A DNA stretch of 64,000 bases from Antedon mediterranea (taxonomy: Eukaryota; Animalia; Echinodermata): positions 25,082,912 to 25,146,911 of the forward strand of contig NC_092675.1 in NCBI RefSeq assembly GCF_964355755.1. Direction: 5' to 3'. Positions 49,279-63,290 of the stretch are shown here, in pieces. The notes under the pieces were generated by a model. The model made no database searches. It was not told the DNA's origin and saw only the letters and a program-made list of their open reading frames with translations. Made by a program: the position numbers and the translations under genes. How positions within the stretch are numbered: position 1 is the first letter of the stretch; every line of letters begins with the position of its first letter.

Positions 49279-52200
49279 ATGTCTACCAAAATACGATTAG
49301 AAGGAGGTGAGGTGATCCCAGCTCAAACAGAAGGCAACAGTGATGTTTTTCGTGATCAGCCTTTTCTTTTAGCTAAATCTAGGTAACCGAATTAACGTTG
49401 TTTATTTGGGCTAGGCTAGCTGGATGATTGCTGTTGTGCTTTTTGTGCCCACCAGGCAACAGACGGCCTCACAAGACAAGGCTGTCCTCTGGAGGCCTCT
49501 AGCCTAAGCTCAGGCAATGACATTGGGTGGAGACTGATGAATATTATATATCCAGAACTCTACTAGGCCTACTGTACTATGATTACTAATCAATGTATTC
49601 ATCTTTTTATTCCTGTTGTGAAATGGACGAGGGTTTTATGCTGCAGTGCAGGGAAAATATTAATATAATTAATCATATTCATAATATTAATAATGATTGA
49701 GGGGTTATTATGGCCAACCCATCATATATTTTAGGGAAAACTACTATTTTAATGGGAATCTTTGTTGGGTTCCGACGGTATCTCCTTTTAGGCTTTGATA
49801 ATAATTGTAAGTATTAATATTGTCGTGTTTGTATCGTCGTACATGTCCGTCTCTGTCTGTCAGTAGCGTACCATCACTTTGCTTATTATTATCATTTTTA
49901 ACTTTTTTATTCTTTCTGGTGGATCCAGGCTTAAAGCCCCTTGGGGTTTAAATGGTATTCTCCAGGCATAATGCAACTATTATTTACTTAATTTCCAACC
50001 ACTTGTATCTTTTATATTTTGTATATGTTTGCATTATGTGAATAAATTTGAACTTGAACTTGATAATATATTTATGAAAAAGTTAAAAAATTAATATCCA
50101 TAATTATGTAGGCCTACACTACCTACTAGAGCCTAGGCTAGGCCTACTTTTTATTTGTTTTTAAAGTATTTATTTTAATATCATCATTATTATTTTTTGC
50201 AATTGAAAGCAATTTTTTTTGTAAGGCAATGATATTTTTATTTGTCTGAAACAGATGGGTGTCTGATGAAGAAGCAATAACATGTCTTGTTTGCCAGAAC
50301 AAATTCAACCAACTTCGTCGTAAGCATCACTGTCGCCAGTGTGGTCGAGTACTTTGTAGTAAGTGCTGTAAAGAGAAGGTGCCGTTGCCACAGCTTGGAT
50401 TTGAAGAACCAGAGAGAGTTTGTGATTACTGCCTGCCAATTACAGAACTAGTAACCAAGTCAAGGTCTAGAAAAATTGTAAATATTCACCACTGTCACTT
50501 GTAAATGTATAATATTTTGTAGTATTGTTTACAAAAAATGTTGTCAATTTCTTTTAGAGTGTTCCTTTAACAAAAAGCCCTCCAACAAAAGACAACTTTT
50601 GGGGTAGTCTACTATCTTCTGTCTGTCTACTAATTCTTGTATACGACTTCAGATTACAGATTTTTATTGTAATTGTTCCCCTTGTTTATAACTTATATAA
50701 TTCGTAATTTTGTATATATTTTTGTATATATATTTGTTAAATTGTTCAACTTCAATTTGTGTTTCAATTTTTTTGTTTTATAAATTGCAATAAAGTTTTT
50801 ATCTATGTACTGTATCTATCTATCTATCTTGTTAATGAAACATTAAAACTTTATTGATAGGTCTTTCAGCAGGAAGCTGCTCTGACACTATCAGAAGAGA
50901 TCAGGAGCCCATCTGGTCTCTGTAAAGTGGTTGAGTTAGGAGGTATCCAGACATTGATATACTTGTCACGGCTTTCCGATGACAAGATACGGCTTGCATG
51001 TGCAAAGAGCCTACACATCCTGTCAACACACCAGCCATTGCATAGGATGTTGGCAGATTCTGGAGCTGTCCGGGCTGTTTGTAGGTGAGTAAAAAAAATA
51101 CAATAATACTAAATGCTTTGTTTTACACTTAAATTGGTACCAATAAAATAGTTTCAACTCGGATCTAACTATGATGGAGCTAAATTCTTAACTGGCCTAA
51201 CTGTTTTTCTCTATTCATTATTTCTTTCTGTATATATAATATTTATTAAATATTATTAGTAAACTGATACTTGAATTACCAATTATTTCACTTTCTTTTA
51301 GTTTGTTGTCATCAGCCAATGAGAATCAAGAGCAGTTGATAATTGAAGGCATTAGCACACTAATGATCTTCTGTAAAGCACCAGACACAAAGGCCAAAGG
51401 TCAGAGCAAGAACAATTACAACTAATTGTTACATTATACTTATTTTATTATTGAAAAATGTTTTTTTAATAACTTCTATTACCCTTTTTAATACATTACA
51501 TTAACATGTATTACTATTTCAAAAAAGATGCATTTTTTAAGCTTTTAAAATTCTGTCATTGAAAGCCAATTATATATTGACTGAACCATGGAGATATACA
51601 AATAAAAATACCTCCCTGCTATGAAATCATCTTATTCATCATATCATATATGAATAATTTGCTCTTATTTATAGACTTATGAGTCTCTTAATAACATCTG
51701 TTAGAATACCAATGACGTTTCTCCTATTGTCAAAAAGTATATATTTAGATATTTGATTATTGTTTTTATTATGGCTTCTTATTATTAGAGTTAAAATTCA
51801 TTAATTAGACTATTTTTTTCAGCAATTACTCAGGGTGTATTGCAGCCTGTTCTGTCATTATGTAGTATGAATGTTTCGGAAGCCATTGCCTTACTATCGG
51901 TCATGACCCTTAACCTCATCACAGAACACCAGGACAACCACACAGCATTAATTGAGGTCAGAGTTGAAATATGTTATTCTTATTGTTAATTACAACAAAT
52001 TCGGTATCATTTTTGTATTACTGTATCATTAGAATAACATAGGTGGATCCTCCACATCCACCGTCCTCTCCTATTTTTATTTTGTTTTTAAAATTGCAAT
52101 GCAAAATATTTGGATATAAGTTAAAGTTCAACACTTTTTACAATTTTAGCCCCAAGGCCTAGGCAAACAATATGAATAGTGACAGCTGAGTCAAATGGTA

Positions 52201-55200
52201 ATAGATCAACGCTAGCTATACCTGATTGAACTAAACATTAAGTTGGTTAATTTTCCTTTTTTTCCAGAATGATCGGAATGCTCTTCCTCGTCTTCTCTCA
52301 CTGACTACAGCTAAAGATGAACAGGTACTAGTCTAAATATAGTATTTATTAATGTACTCAACTTTCCCAAATTTGAATAGCATGAAACAAATGAAAATAT
52401 ATTGTCTTTATAGATGCAAGAAGTAGCTCTCAAGACACTTGGTCGTCTGTCAATGGGATCAGATTGGCACAGGCACAGAATAATTCAGGTAATCATAATT
52501 ATGTTTCATATTAGGCCAGAGGAAATAGATTTACATGGCCACCTGCGTGTAAAATATGACCCTGCATCAACAAAGCATGTAAAGTTCATATTTCATTTCA
52601 TGTTTTTTTAAAGAAATAAATACAGAGTTGGATGGAGAAAAATGAATTCTGTCAAAATTGTCATTCTTTTCTGTTAATATATTTTCACAAATCATGACTT
52701 ACAATAACAGTAATCTAAAAGTACAGATCTAGTTTGCAATATATTTACAACCTATGCTGATCTTGAGTCGATGCACTAAGTGTTTCAAAATGCAATTAAA
52801 ATCTGGTGAAGAAAGATGACATAAAAATACTCCCCCAAAATCTGATTGTACTTTTGTAAATTTTGATGCAATTCAGTTTATATATATATATATATATATA
52901 AAATAACAGCAGAAAATATAAATAATATATATATATAATAAAATAACAGCAGAAAACTTGGTTACTTCATTGTAAACCAAGTTTTCTGCTGTTATTTTAT
53001 TTATTTATGCTCTACCTTGGTATTGAGCACTCTATCCTAACGGTCTGATACTTTCAACCTAAATATATATATATATATATAAACAAATCAGGCAAAGAAC
53101 ATTAATTCTAAACCGCCCGGTGATATACTGAAATTTAATTAATTAATTTGAAACAATAAAGATGAGGAAATCTGTGAGAATGAGAAAAAGTCGCCCCAAC
53201 CGAGACTCGGACCGCCTGCTTGATATGCAGATGTCCTAACCATTAGACCACTGGGGTATATATATATATATATATACCAGAATAAAATAAAAATTACTTT
53301 TCAGGAGGATTTTTCGTCAGGTCGTTGTTTGGTTAGCGCAATCAAGAACAGGCCGAGAAATAAGCAAGTTCTCACAAATGCAGCTTGTCTTATTGCAAAC
53401 CTGGCAACCTCTGAACAAGATCAAGTAAGCAATATTTTAATACTGTAGTAAATATTATAATATACAATATTGTAGCATACAAAAAGGGCATTTATTTTAT
53501 GTAGAGTCAATACATAAAATTCCTCACTTTACTGACCTTTTAATATTATTACATTTCTTTACCCAGTTTAAACTGGTCTTTATTGAGGCTCTGCATAAAA
53601 GGGCCTTTGACAGTACTGTAATATTATTGTATAGACAAAATGTATTCGGATTGTAGTCCTGTACTAACTACTATACAAACTAATATATCCTGCTTTACCG
53701 AATCATTCATTTATTGTTGTATATTAAAGACTTTTATATTATTGTTTTATTTTATGTTTATTTTCATTTTTTTATGAACTTTGACCAATACAATTTTAGT
53801 AATATTTATTGCTTTCCAAGAACAGTACAATTTATGAAAATGAAAAATATGAATAAAAACATAGAATAATACAAAGAAAGATTTTAACAGGGAACGCTGG
53901 TAGACTGTATGGATGGAATGTGTACTTTGTTATCTCAGTCAGCAGACCAGAAGGATCTCTTCTCGCACGTTGCTAGAGGAATTGCTAACTTTTCTAAATT
54001 TAAACAAAATTCTTACCGACTTGTAAGTATTGCAGAATTATTAAATGAGTAAGCCATAAACTTCCAATGGTAATAAATATGGTAGAAACAAGTGAGTGCA
54101 ATGTACTCTATTGGTTGGCTTTCAGATAATTGAGTAAAGTAAGTTATGTAATAATTAAACATACATGTTGTTTAGCATTTAAAGATGTATTATTTCCTGA
54201 AAAAATAATTCTAAAATGTTTTTCTTGTTGAATATGCTATTTTAATGTCACCTAATAGTTATCCACTTTGAAAAAAATTTGATTTAAAAAAATGTATTTA
54301 CCTAAAAAAATGTAATTTAAATTAAAAAAATAGTCAAATTGGCTGCCAGCCAAGTTGGTTGAATTTAACCATTTATTTATTTATTTAAAAATTAATTTTT
54401 TAAGGTTTTTTTTTACGAAAGTGATTAACTTTATTAAAACTACAAAATAATCTATTCAAAGTCTGATTTTATTAATCTTTATTTTTCATGTTTTTGGGGG
54501 ACAATAAAGTTTCTAATTCATATCTAATCTATTCAACTAATAACAGTATAGATTGGTATTGGTAATACAGTTTAACTACAAAAGTAAACAAAAATAAAGG
54601 ATGGCTGAATAAAGAATAGACCAAGCATTTAGGTATTTGAACTATCACACTCATGTTACTAAAAATGAGCACGCAGGATTTGTATTATTTGTGTCTTTTT
54701 GTGTATATTAGATTTTCTGACACTGGCATTTATTTTTCTATAGGTTCAACATTTGCCCAATATTATTTCAATGTGTGTAAAGGTAATCAAGTTGTTTATT
54801 TAAATAGAAACTAACCAAATCTATTAATTTGAATATTTTGATAGAATTTATTATTCTCAACGTTATAGTTGCTTGTTTTAGTAGCTATATCATTGTGGTT
54901 TTTTTATAATCTGCAGTCACCAGTTGAAGACATCAGTCAACACGGCCTGCGGACTGTGTTATACTTACTTCAGTATTCAACAGATGCTACAATAAGGTCC
55001 TTAATGAAGTAAGAAAATCATCATATGTTTATACTCCAGTATCCCTCCCTATAAATATACTTTACCTGTACAGATGGCTTATTTTGTTTCGTCAATTGTT
55101 TATTAGTAAGTGAGTAGCCGAACGTTTAAGACAGTGGAACCGTAATCCATGATAGGCAAGGGTTCAAGGTTCACTAATTGCTCTATGGTTCTGGTGGTAG

Positions 55201-55540
55201 AACAAGGCTTCTGCAATAAGGACTATAAACCGTAGGTCCAGTGTACACACATTACTTGTGTGCACTTTCGAGACGAGTAGGGGTTCACATACAGACAGAT
55301 GAGATAGCACCTTAAAGTGGCTGCACTGACATTCAGTGAAAAGTGTAACATCTGAGTCCACCACGCCATGAGCAATGATCCATTCGTTATTATTATTAAT
55401 ATACCTATATTTCATATTTGTATTTAAATAGTGATGGAGCAATTCATGTTTTTAAAAGTATGGTTAAAACGTTTGGTGTGATGGACAATATGCAGAGAGC
55501 TCTGGTCAACAATGTTGAGGAAAGGGTCTCACCAGCATGA
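49279..55540 (+). CDS. FYVE zinc finger + armadillo-repeat protein, 468 aa
   Basis: Exons 49279-49382, 50255-50477, 50861-51084, 51302-51399, 51823-51956, 52268-52324, 52414-52488, 53305-53424, 53891-54022, 54744-54782, 54917-55008, 55432-55540 (1407 nt, open). FYVE signature WVSD..RRKHHCRQCG..ERVC. ARM-type helices VVELGGIQTLIYL, ALPRLLSL..DEQMQEVALKTLGRLS, NAACLIANLA, VARGIANFS. ETS-like GCGGAAGT at 49262. Confidence 0.92.
52938..53062. repeat. Hairpin-forming element between (TA)n tracts
   Basis: 52938-52965 pairs with 52972-53000 (28 bp with one bulge); a partial copy of the arm lies at about 52898-52916. Confidence 0.7.
53081..53257 (-). mobile_element. Family-B tRNA-cassette repeat in (TA)n, copy 2
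   Basis: Homologous to 41951-42135; T-loop has a 6-nt deletion; (TA)n on both sides; lies in intron 7 of the FYVE-ARM gene. Confidence 0.75.
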
Positions 55541-55989
55541 TATGGTAATCATTAATTTGTATTCATTTGATATCATTCAGTACTTATTAGATAATATGTT
55601 ATCAATATGTTCACACTCAGATGTATTACGGGAATAAATAAAAGTGATATCGGTTGCTGAGCTGTGCAAGAGAATATTAAATCATTAATTACTGAGCATT
55701 ACTCATAGGCTGTTTTAAAGATAATGAATAGAATATATTCCTTATAAATTAATGTAATGTATAATCTTAATAATTATAGTATGTCAAATATTAATGATCA
55801 AAACAAATGGTGCTATGCAGTATAAAAGTACTTAAGAATGTGTAATTGTATGTGTTTGTCGGCTGAATGTTCTATGATCTTTGCAAACATTGTTGTTTAT
55901 AAGTATGGTACAACAGTAGTGGGGCTTGCTGGTTAACATGCTTGTCAAGATCTTTTAACGTTTAACTCTTTCTTTACACCTCTCCATAA

Positions 55990-56217
55990 AGGTCTGTCTA
56001 CACTATTAAACTTTATGTGACAACAAAATGTGATGTGCCCATATATGGACACAGTGACGTCATAGCAGTATCATTTTTGGCCACATCACATGTTATTGTC
56101 ACATAAAGTTTCTTTACCCACTTTTTCCATATATGGACACAGTGACGTCATAGCACTACCATTTTTGGCCACATCACATTTTATTGTCACATAAAGTTTG
56201 ATAGTGTAGATAGAGCT
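55990..56217. mobile_element. Harbinger-like MITE with internal direct duplication
   Basis: AGGTCTGTCTACACTATTAAACTTTATGTGACAA ... TTGTCACATAAAGTTTGATAGTGTAGATAGAGCT; the block CCATATATGGACACAGTGACGTCATAGCA occurs twice. Confidence 0.75.
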
Positions 56218-56629
56218 TAAGCCTCACGATTTATAAGCAAGATAAATGTTAAAGTTATAGTTTATCCAATGGTTTATCCATTCTGTAATTTCTCGTTTAA
56301 AAAAACATACAGTATTCATAGCAAATTGCTAAAAATAACGTCTTACTGTATGTACAGTATGGTTGTGTATAATATTATGAAAATGCAGTCCTTATAAAAC
56401 ACTCCCGGTGCAAATGATTTATTTTACGAATACAATAATGTATGAGTGAATGTAAAGATGCTACTACTGTATATAAATATTAAGTGAATTGAAAAAGTAT
56501 ATAAAATAAATTTATATATTTGTACTTACATACAAGTAGTCAAAATAGACAAAATATATTGGCCTATATAATGTGAATTATTCTAATTATCTGTATGAAT
56601 CATCGATGGCTAAATATATGGCTAAATAA

Positions 56630-57068
56630 AGCTTGGTTCCCACTTTAAAAAAATACATGCCGTAAGGCCACATAACCGACGCAACGTAAGAAAATACTCT
56701 TCTATAAATGTCGCATCCCTCTTAAGCTTGGTTCCCACTAGAACGCAACGTAACGCAGCGACGTATCAACGCAAAGTGCTGTATTGCGTATTGCTGTAAG
56801 TGGGAACCGACGATACAACAGTGCTGCAAACATCACAGGTTTGATTTCACGCAGGCGGGGGAAAACACAATTATGAAGGGAAGTTTCTTAAGTTGCGTAG
56901 GTTGCGTTACGTTGCGTCGCTAGTGGGAACCAAGCTCTAGTCTTACATGAAGTTGAATCATGCTGTTGCGACGTACGTACGTAAGGCCGACATCTGTGTT
57001 TGGTTCTCACGCAAGGTTCTTTGCGTCGATACGTTGTGTTTGCGCTGCATGCAAGTGTGAACCAAACT
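56630..57068. mobile_element. Two nested Harbinger MITEs of the AGCTTGGTTCCCACT family
   Basis: Outer ends at about 56630 and 57068; inner complete copy at about 56725-56936. Another eroded copy lies at about 61405-61525. Confidence 0.7.
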
Positions 57069-58881
57069 TTAATTACACCTCAATACCTTCCTCAATGTGT
57101 AATTAACTAGGCATACGATATATGTTTGTGTAGCTCAATTGTGTTTCCATTGTAATATTTTAAAAGAAAAATATATATTATAAATAAATTTTATATAGAT
57201 AATGTTTTAATACTGTATTGTTCGTTTGCGAGTGAAATAGATGATAACTTGTATATAATTATTTATATTTATGAAGTTCGGTGATAACGTATTGTACACG
57301 TATATAATATAAACGATGATATCATTTAAAGATAACGCATTGTACGCGTACCGGGATAAGTTAGCGCATAACCTATAATAATTGAGTTTTGAAAAGTCTA
57401 TATTTTAGCCGATCTATGTGTATAACAAGTTTTACCCCAACATTGATCATACCGATCCCCAAATTCGAAATATCGAAGATCAGATAGCAAAATTAGCGCA
57501 TTGTTATCGTAGCCATATTACTTTTAAAAACAGATAACGCTTTTATATTTCGATAAAACATAGTTCTGTGACAACACATTATTAGTGATTTCGAAAAATA
57601 TTCGCATAGCCCCTTATAGCATATCGATCTGGGCTCCCGGGTAATCCGGTCACTCTCCTTCTGTCTCCTTCCGTCTGTTCTTACAAATACAACGTACGTA
57701 CAGTATTTATCTATTTTACTACTTTATAGTAGGAGAGAAGCATTTTAAATTTATTTTTCTATGTTTTTACATGACACTGACATTGTATTGCATTGACAAC
57801 ATAACATGCTCTCAGTCGTTCTGTGACGACATGAATTATTTCTGACGTCACATTTGAACCAAACGACGACCACTTATATCAATTAATTAAAACAGAAATA
57901 AGCTATAGTAATTTTAACCATATGCCCCACAACTTCATCTAAACTACTAAGTAATGAACGTCATCTTTGTAGTACCTATACCGTAAAGCTCCCAGTCCAC
58001 TGCATTAGCTACTGCTGTCTGCTTATTATTATTATTATTATTATTTATTGCCAAAAACCAGTTACAAACAAACAAAACACAGAAACTAAGGGAGTAGGCA
58101 GGAACCTAAAAGTGAACCTAATCACTATAACAAGAGTTCAGGTTCCGTACTCCCAAAGTAACAACAATGATATAAAATAAACTATATAAAAATATTTAAA
58201 AAACAAATAGACGAATCAACAGTGTCAATATAAAATAAACGGATAAAATACATAAGCCAGCCTTATCTTATTTTTTAAACTAATATACTAAACAAAGGTG
58301 ATATCTTTTAACAGCTAGCTCTTGGTGCATTCGTAAAGCATTTTCTAGCATTTATCTCAATTTAATGTAGTTACACAGAAGTTGAAATTTGTAAAGATCA
58401 CTGCACCAGCTCGTAGTTTCCTCTCTGAACTACGTAAAGCATTTGTCAATTTCATTTTCAACTTCATTGTCTTAAGATGGAGGTGTGGTCTATCAATTCA
58501 TCGTTATTTCATACAAAAATATAATCTTCTGAGTTAATTCATCAAGAATAACTATAAACTTTGAGCGGTTTTTCTTCATGCGTGTACTTTACAACTAATC
58601 AGACCACCAAGGCATTCTAACAACAGGATGTTGAGCTCCAGAGATCAAATGGTTTTTCTGTGGCTGCGACACGATCAGTTCCACTACTCTTAACAGACAC
58701 CGCACGTCGCGGAGAATATGTCCATAGTACAGTAAGCCTACTGTTGGTATTTGTATCAGCCAGACATAAGATCAAAGGACTGTTACGACTTCCTATCTTG
58801 GCCAAACGAGCTCAGTGTCCTGTTGTTAAATTGACTTGATCAGACTCACACCAGTCCAACCCATGGTTCCCGTTCAAGAAT

Positions 58882-61063
58882 CTAAGTAGCAACTACTATA
58901 ATAATCACTAATATAGTTACAACTACAATTCCGATTATTACACCCAGTATTACCTTGTACCGTGCATTTTTGTACCAATACTTTTTGTGTACTTTCTTCG
59001 TCGTCTTCGCAAAACTCTGGGCCTACAATGAAATAAACAAGTTAATCAGCAGACATCCATTTCCATGAAATTAATCAGTACCGGAGGTAATTTAATTAGG
59101 AAGGAAATTATGACAAGGGCGGTTATTTTAAGGTGTAGTTCATTATGTACAGAAACGTAGGCTGGTTGCTGTCTGCGGAACTAAGACATTTTTTTAATAG
59201 AGATGCTATACTTTTACTAGCTTGCTGCTGAGCTAAAGACAATTTTGAAAAATAGCTATAGGTCATCCCCGGAAATTGCACATTTAAATATAAAACGAAA
59301 TATATAAATCTCCAAGGCTGAGCTAAGAACATTTTGAAAAAAATAGAGCTGTTCGGTCCTAATAAACTGCACTTTTACTTTGGAAATATAAAATCGTATG
59401 CTTAAAAAGGTGGACCTATTTTTGGTGGCATAATTTACCTGTAGTTCAAGAAGATCCGATTTCTCCATGAGATCATCCAGCTTATCACCTCTTTTTAAGA
59501 TCTGTTCCACATTGTGTATCATGATGTCTTGTAGTTCATCAACGTCATCTTGGAGCTTGGTTAATTTAGTGTTCACTGGCTTTCCAGAAGAATTTGTCTA
59601 CAAAAGAAAAGAAAAAATTCAATATTAATATTCACGTTCGAATTACGATTCGTTTGCGATTTGAAAACGGACGGCAAGAAAAAATATTAATTATACCCTG
59701 TTTTGAAACAATAAAAATAGTAAATGATAGAACTAATTTTAATTAATCTTATCTGGTCTGTGTAATTCTGTCAACGCTACAATTTTATCAAAGTAGGCTA
59801 TACAACTGTACCATTATTTTTGTAATTTCTTCTCTCTGCTGCTGAGTAAATTCAGAATCCTGCGAAACTGTATATGATTCTGTTTTCTCTATTATGTCCA
59901 GTAGATAATCATATGCCTTCGTTCGACTGTAATCTTTCTCTGCTGCACATAAGTATGTCACACCACTCTTCACGTACACAAAGAAAAGATATCTAAAAAC
60001 AAACCAGTGATTGATTGATTGATTGATTGATTGATAACTATCCTATTATGTAACAGATCAATAAATCAATCGAACAAGACATATATATGTATAAATCATA
60101 CTGTCAAATTATAGAAACAGTGCTCATATTCGGAACATGATCTCATAATCGCGTCGAGCATAGCTCATTGGCGAAAGTTCCGTATTTTTATTTGTATAAA
60201 AAAATTTCTCTTGCTGGATTCGAACCTGCAACCTCTCGCTTACAGGGCGAGTATCATACCAATAGACCACAGACCAATATTTGGTATTATCACAGATTTT
60301 CACCCACCAGATACATTCTCTCATACAACAAATATATATGTATGTGTGTTAAAGGAATTATAGATAGACGGAATTCATTCAATTGCAGTAAATGATAAAA
60401 TTATGTCTATTTTATGTGTTCACGTTCAACAATAAACATTCATTTGTGTGATCATTTAAAAATACATCCACACCCATCCCATCGTTCAATACGTAGGTCC
60501 ATAGCCACGTACAGTACAAACATTAACTTTATTCATTCATTAAGCATAGTCATTCACATTCATACCCGGTATCTCTGCCATGGTTACAGATGGCAAAGTT
60601 AGCTATGTTATGTCACTGTGCACTTTAAGGAAGTACCATAATGACCTATGATGCCAATTGTTTTTTAAGTGGAGTACGACTGAAGCACATTTCATTGCTA
60701 AGGATTAATAATAGTTCTATAATGTCCCATCTCACAAAAATGTATGCGAAGATGGTGTTTTATCTACTTTTTAATTTAATTGTTTCCATAATAAAAGTTC
60801 GGTCTAAGTGTATGTCATAAGTGTTTTTAATATCGATCCTATGATCCGTATAGTCACAGTACATTTATATACATGTTATGTTTTGCAAATGAATGAAATG
60901 CAATAACTTACTGATCGGCTTCATATATAGTTTTGTAGTCGCTACTCGTTGATATGTTATGAAGTGCTGAGCTCGCCACTTGTGAAAAACTTCCTTCGTT
61001 GCTTGATGTGTGATCTACTAGGATGTTCTTTCCTCGGGCAACGCAACTATACAGAATCGGCAT
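58882..61063 (-). CDS. VAMP7: VAMP7-like longin R-SNARE, 210 aa
   Basis: Exons 60912-61063, 59812-59992, 59439-59597, 58882-59022 (633 nt). Longin MPILYSCVARGKNILVDH..YLFFVYVKSGVTYLCAAEKDYSRTKAYDYL; synaptobrevin LQDDVDELQDIMIHNVEQILKRGDKLDDLMEKSDLL..AQSFAKTTKKVHKKYWYKN; C-terminal TM. May be a divergent paralogue rather than the orthologue. Confidence 0.9.
60090..60332 (-). mobile_element. Family-A tRNA-cassette repeat, full-length copy in TA-rich flanks
   Basis: Homologous to 24562-24961, including the roughly 50-bp leader upstream of the tRNA-like part (60205-60276); lies in VAMP7-like intron 1. Confidence 0.8.
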
Positions 61064-62854
61064 GGTTAAGTTTGTCTGCTCTCCGTTTATCTTTGTTTAA
61101 ATGAAACAAGAAAAGATCAGAAATACACATGAACATACAATTGCAACACACGAAAAAGTTATGGGTAATTTTTGAAACATTCTTAGATGATTCATATTCT
61201 AAATATAAGTCATCTACGATTCCTGGTAGAAGTCAATTAAGACGGCGACTGTGTCAAGTGTCATGCGATACGTCCCTTGATACTGTCATTGGTGATTTAA
61301 GACTGTAAATATTGTTTATAGAATTTACTCAAACATGCGGCTGGCATATGATAATTATAATTATAGAGATATAATTTGGACCCCACCCCCAACCCCACCA
61401 CCCCACTATGACGTAAGCACAACGCAAATGACCTGACCAATGAAACTAGCGTGACAGTTAATGCATGACTTAGTGATTACGTGCGTTGCGCTTACGCCTT
61501 TGTATTGCGTTCTAGGGAACCGAAATTTATAGTAAACATCACTTATATGTGTAACCTCAAGTTCACAGTCCCAATAATTCCGCACCTATTTATTACACAC
61601 CCTAATATATAGGCCCTAGTAGCCTGTATATCTTTAGCACAGCCTACTGTCTATTATTTAGGACGATCCTAAAGTAGTTAATCCATGTACAATGTAGCAC
61701 ACCTATGCATATATTCGAGACGCATAATAATTAGGGTATTCATAAACTAATGCAAGGGGATTTCCATGAACGAGGACGTGTCTTTAATTCTTTTTCAAAA
61801 TACAAAAACAGCAAATTTCCTCAAGCAAAAAAAAAAATCAATCAAGGAAAATCTCAAGATCTAGGAAATAAGAGGCATACAGTTTCCAAAACATGCTTGC
61901 CCCCCAGGCAAAGCAAATCCCGTCTGCAACGTTTTTATGTCCATTTTAGATAATACAGTATTGTAAATTGCGTCTTTTATTCTGTATGCATTCTGTACCT
62001 ACAGTGCTATTAAAACATGTCTTCCGACATTCATTTCCTTTAAACCATACGGCTATACTTACCAAGGATAAACAGTATTTCAGCTTAAAACTGCACGTAC
62101 AGGCCTACTATGAATATTACGAACGTCACACGTTTTAATTACTATTTTATAGGGTGATTTACCTTATGTATACGTATTTTCCTTTTGCTAATATCAAGCA
62201 CTAATATTAGAGACAGCGTAATTTCCAACCTGCAGACGTATAAGCTGTTACATCAGGCACAGACGAGTGATTGTAGCGGATTGAACTTATCAAGTTGAGT
62301 CACTATAGCAGCGTTATCCTTTTCCTTTTAATTTTCGAGGATTAGGCCTAAATATGTTTTATAGAAACTAATTTTATGCTAAGTAGTAGAAACAGAAACA
62401 TTAATGAAAAATGATAAAAAACAATAATATGACTTGAAAATAATTTTATTCTGGTTATTGAATGTTCTTAATCATATTCTCATTAATATTAATGAGCGGA
62501 TACAACGGGGCGTCTGTAGGCCTATTCAATAACAGAATGAAGCCCTACGATCATCGATGTGTTAGTGCATCCCTTCAAATAACTACAGAAGTTTTTTCTT
62601 CTCCTATGGGATTTTTTTTTCAACTAGAACATCGCTTCTTTTAATCGAGTTAACGACCACAAGCATGATACCGAGCATTTCCTGCATACACCCAGCTTGT
62701 ACAATGTATTATAACCGAAACAATATATTATGTTTAAAATAATGGTAATACGAATATACCGTTGGCCTACTTACCATAAGAATAAAAAGAAACCTGAGTT
62801 AGGCCTACTATAATACTAATAGAACTCTCGTACTCCTGCCATAACAAATGTGTC

Positions 62855-63290
62855 GCTTATCCTTCGAATGCAAGATATTTCATATGGCTACATAATGTTT
62901 GCTATAAGAAAACGTTCTTCTTTTGTAAATTAATCAAGATAATACATTTAAGGGTCCTTAGTGGGTTATTGAGACAAACGCATTGCTTAACGTCCTTCGA
63001 ATGCACGATAGTTATCTCATATGGCTACATTAATGTATACTTACTACCGTGTAAGTAAACGTTCTTTTTTTGTAAATTAATCAACATAATACATGTAAGG
63101 GTCCTTAGTATTCAATGGAACTAACTTAGAGGGTTATTGAGACAAACGCATTGCTTAACGTCCTTTGAATGTAAGATAGATATTTCATATGGCTACATTA
63201 ATGTCACGTTTACTGTAAGCAAACGTAATACTTTTTTTCTCAATTAATCAACATAATACATGTAGGGCCCTTAGTTTTTAATGGAACTAA
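62855..63290. repeat. About 135-165-bp tandem repeat, 3 copies
   Basis: CCTT(C)GAATG..CATATGGCTACAT..AAACGT..AATTAATCAA.ATAATACAT..GGG.CCTTAGT recurs three times. Confidence 0.8.

Noticed and set aside
55105-55340. Possible tRNA-derived SINE in the last FYVE-ARM intron (and a similar one at about 880-960)
   Set aside because: Only degenerate A/B-box-like motifs, and no second copy in the window to define boundaries.
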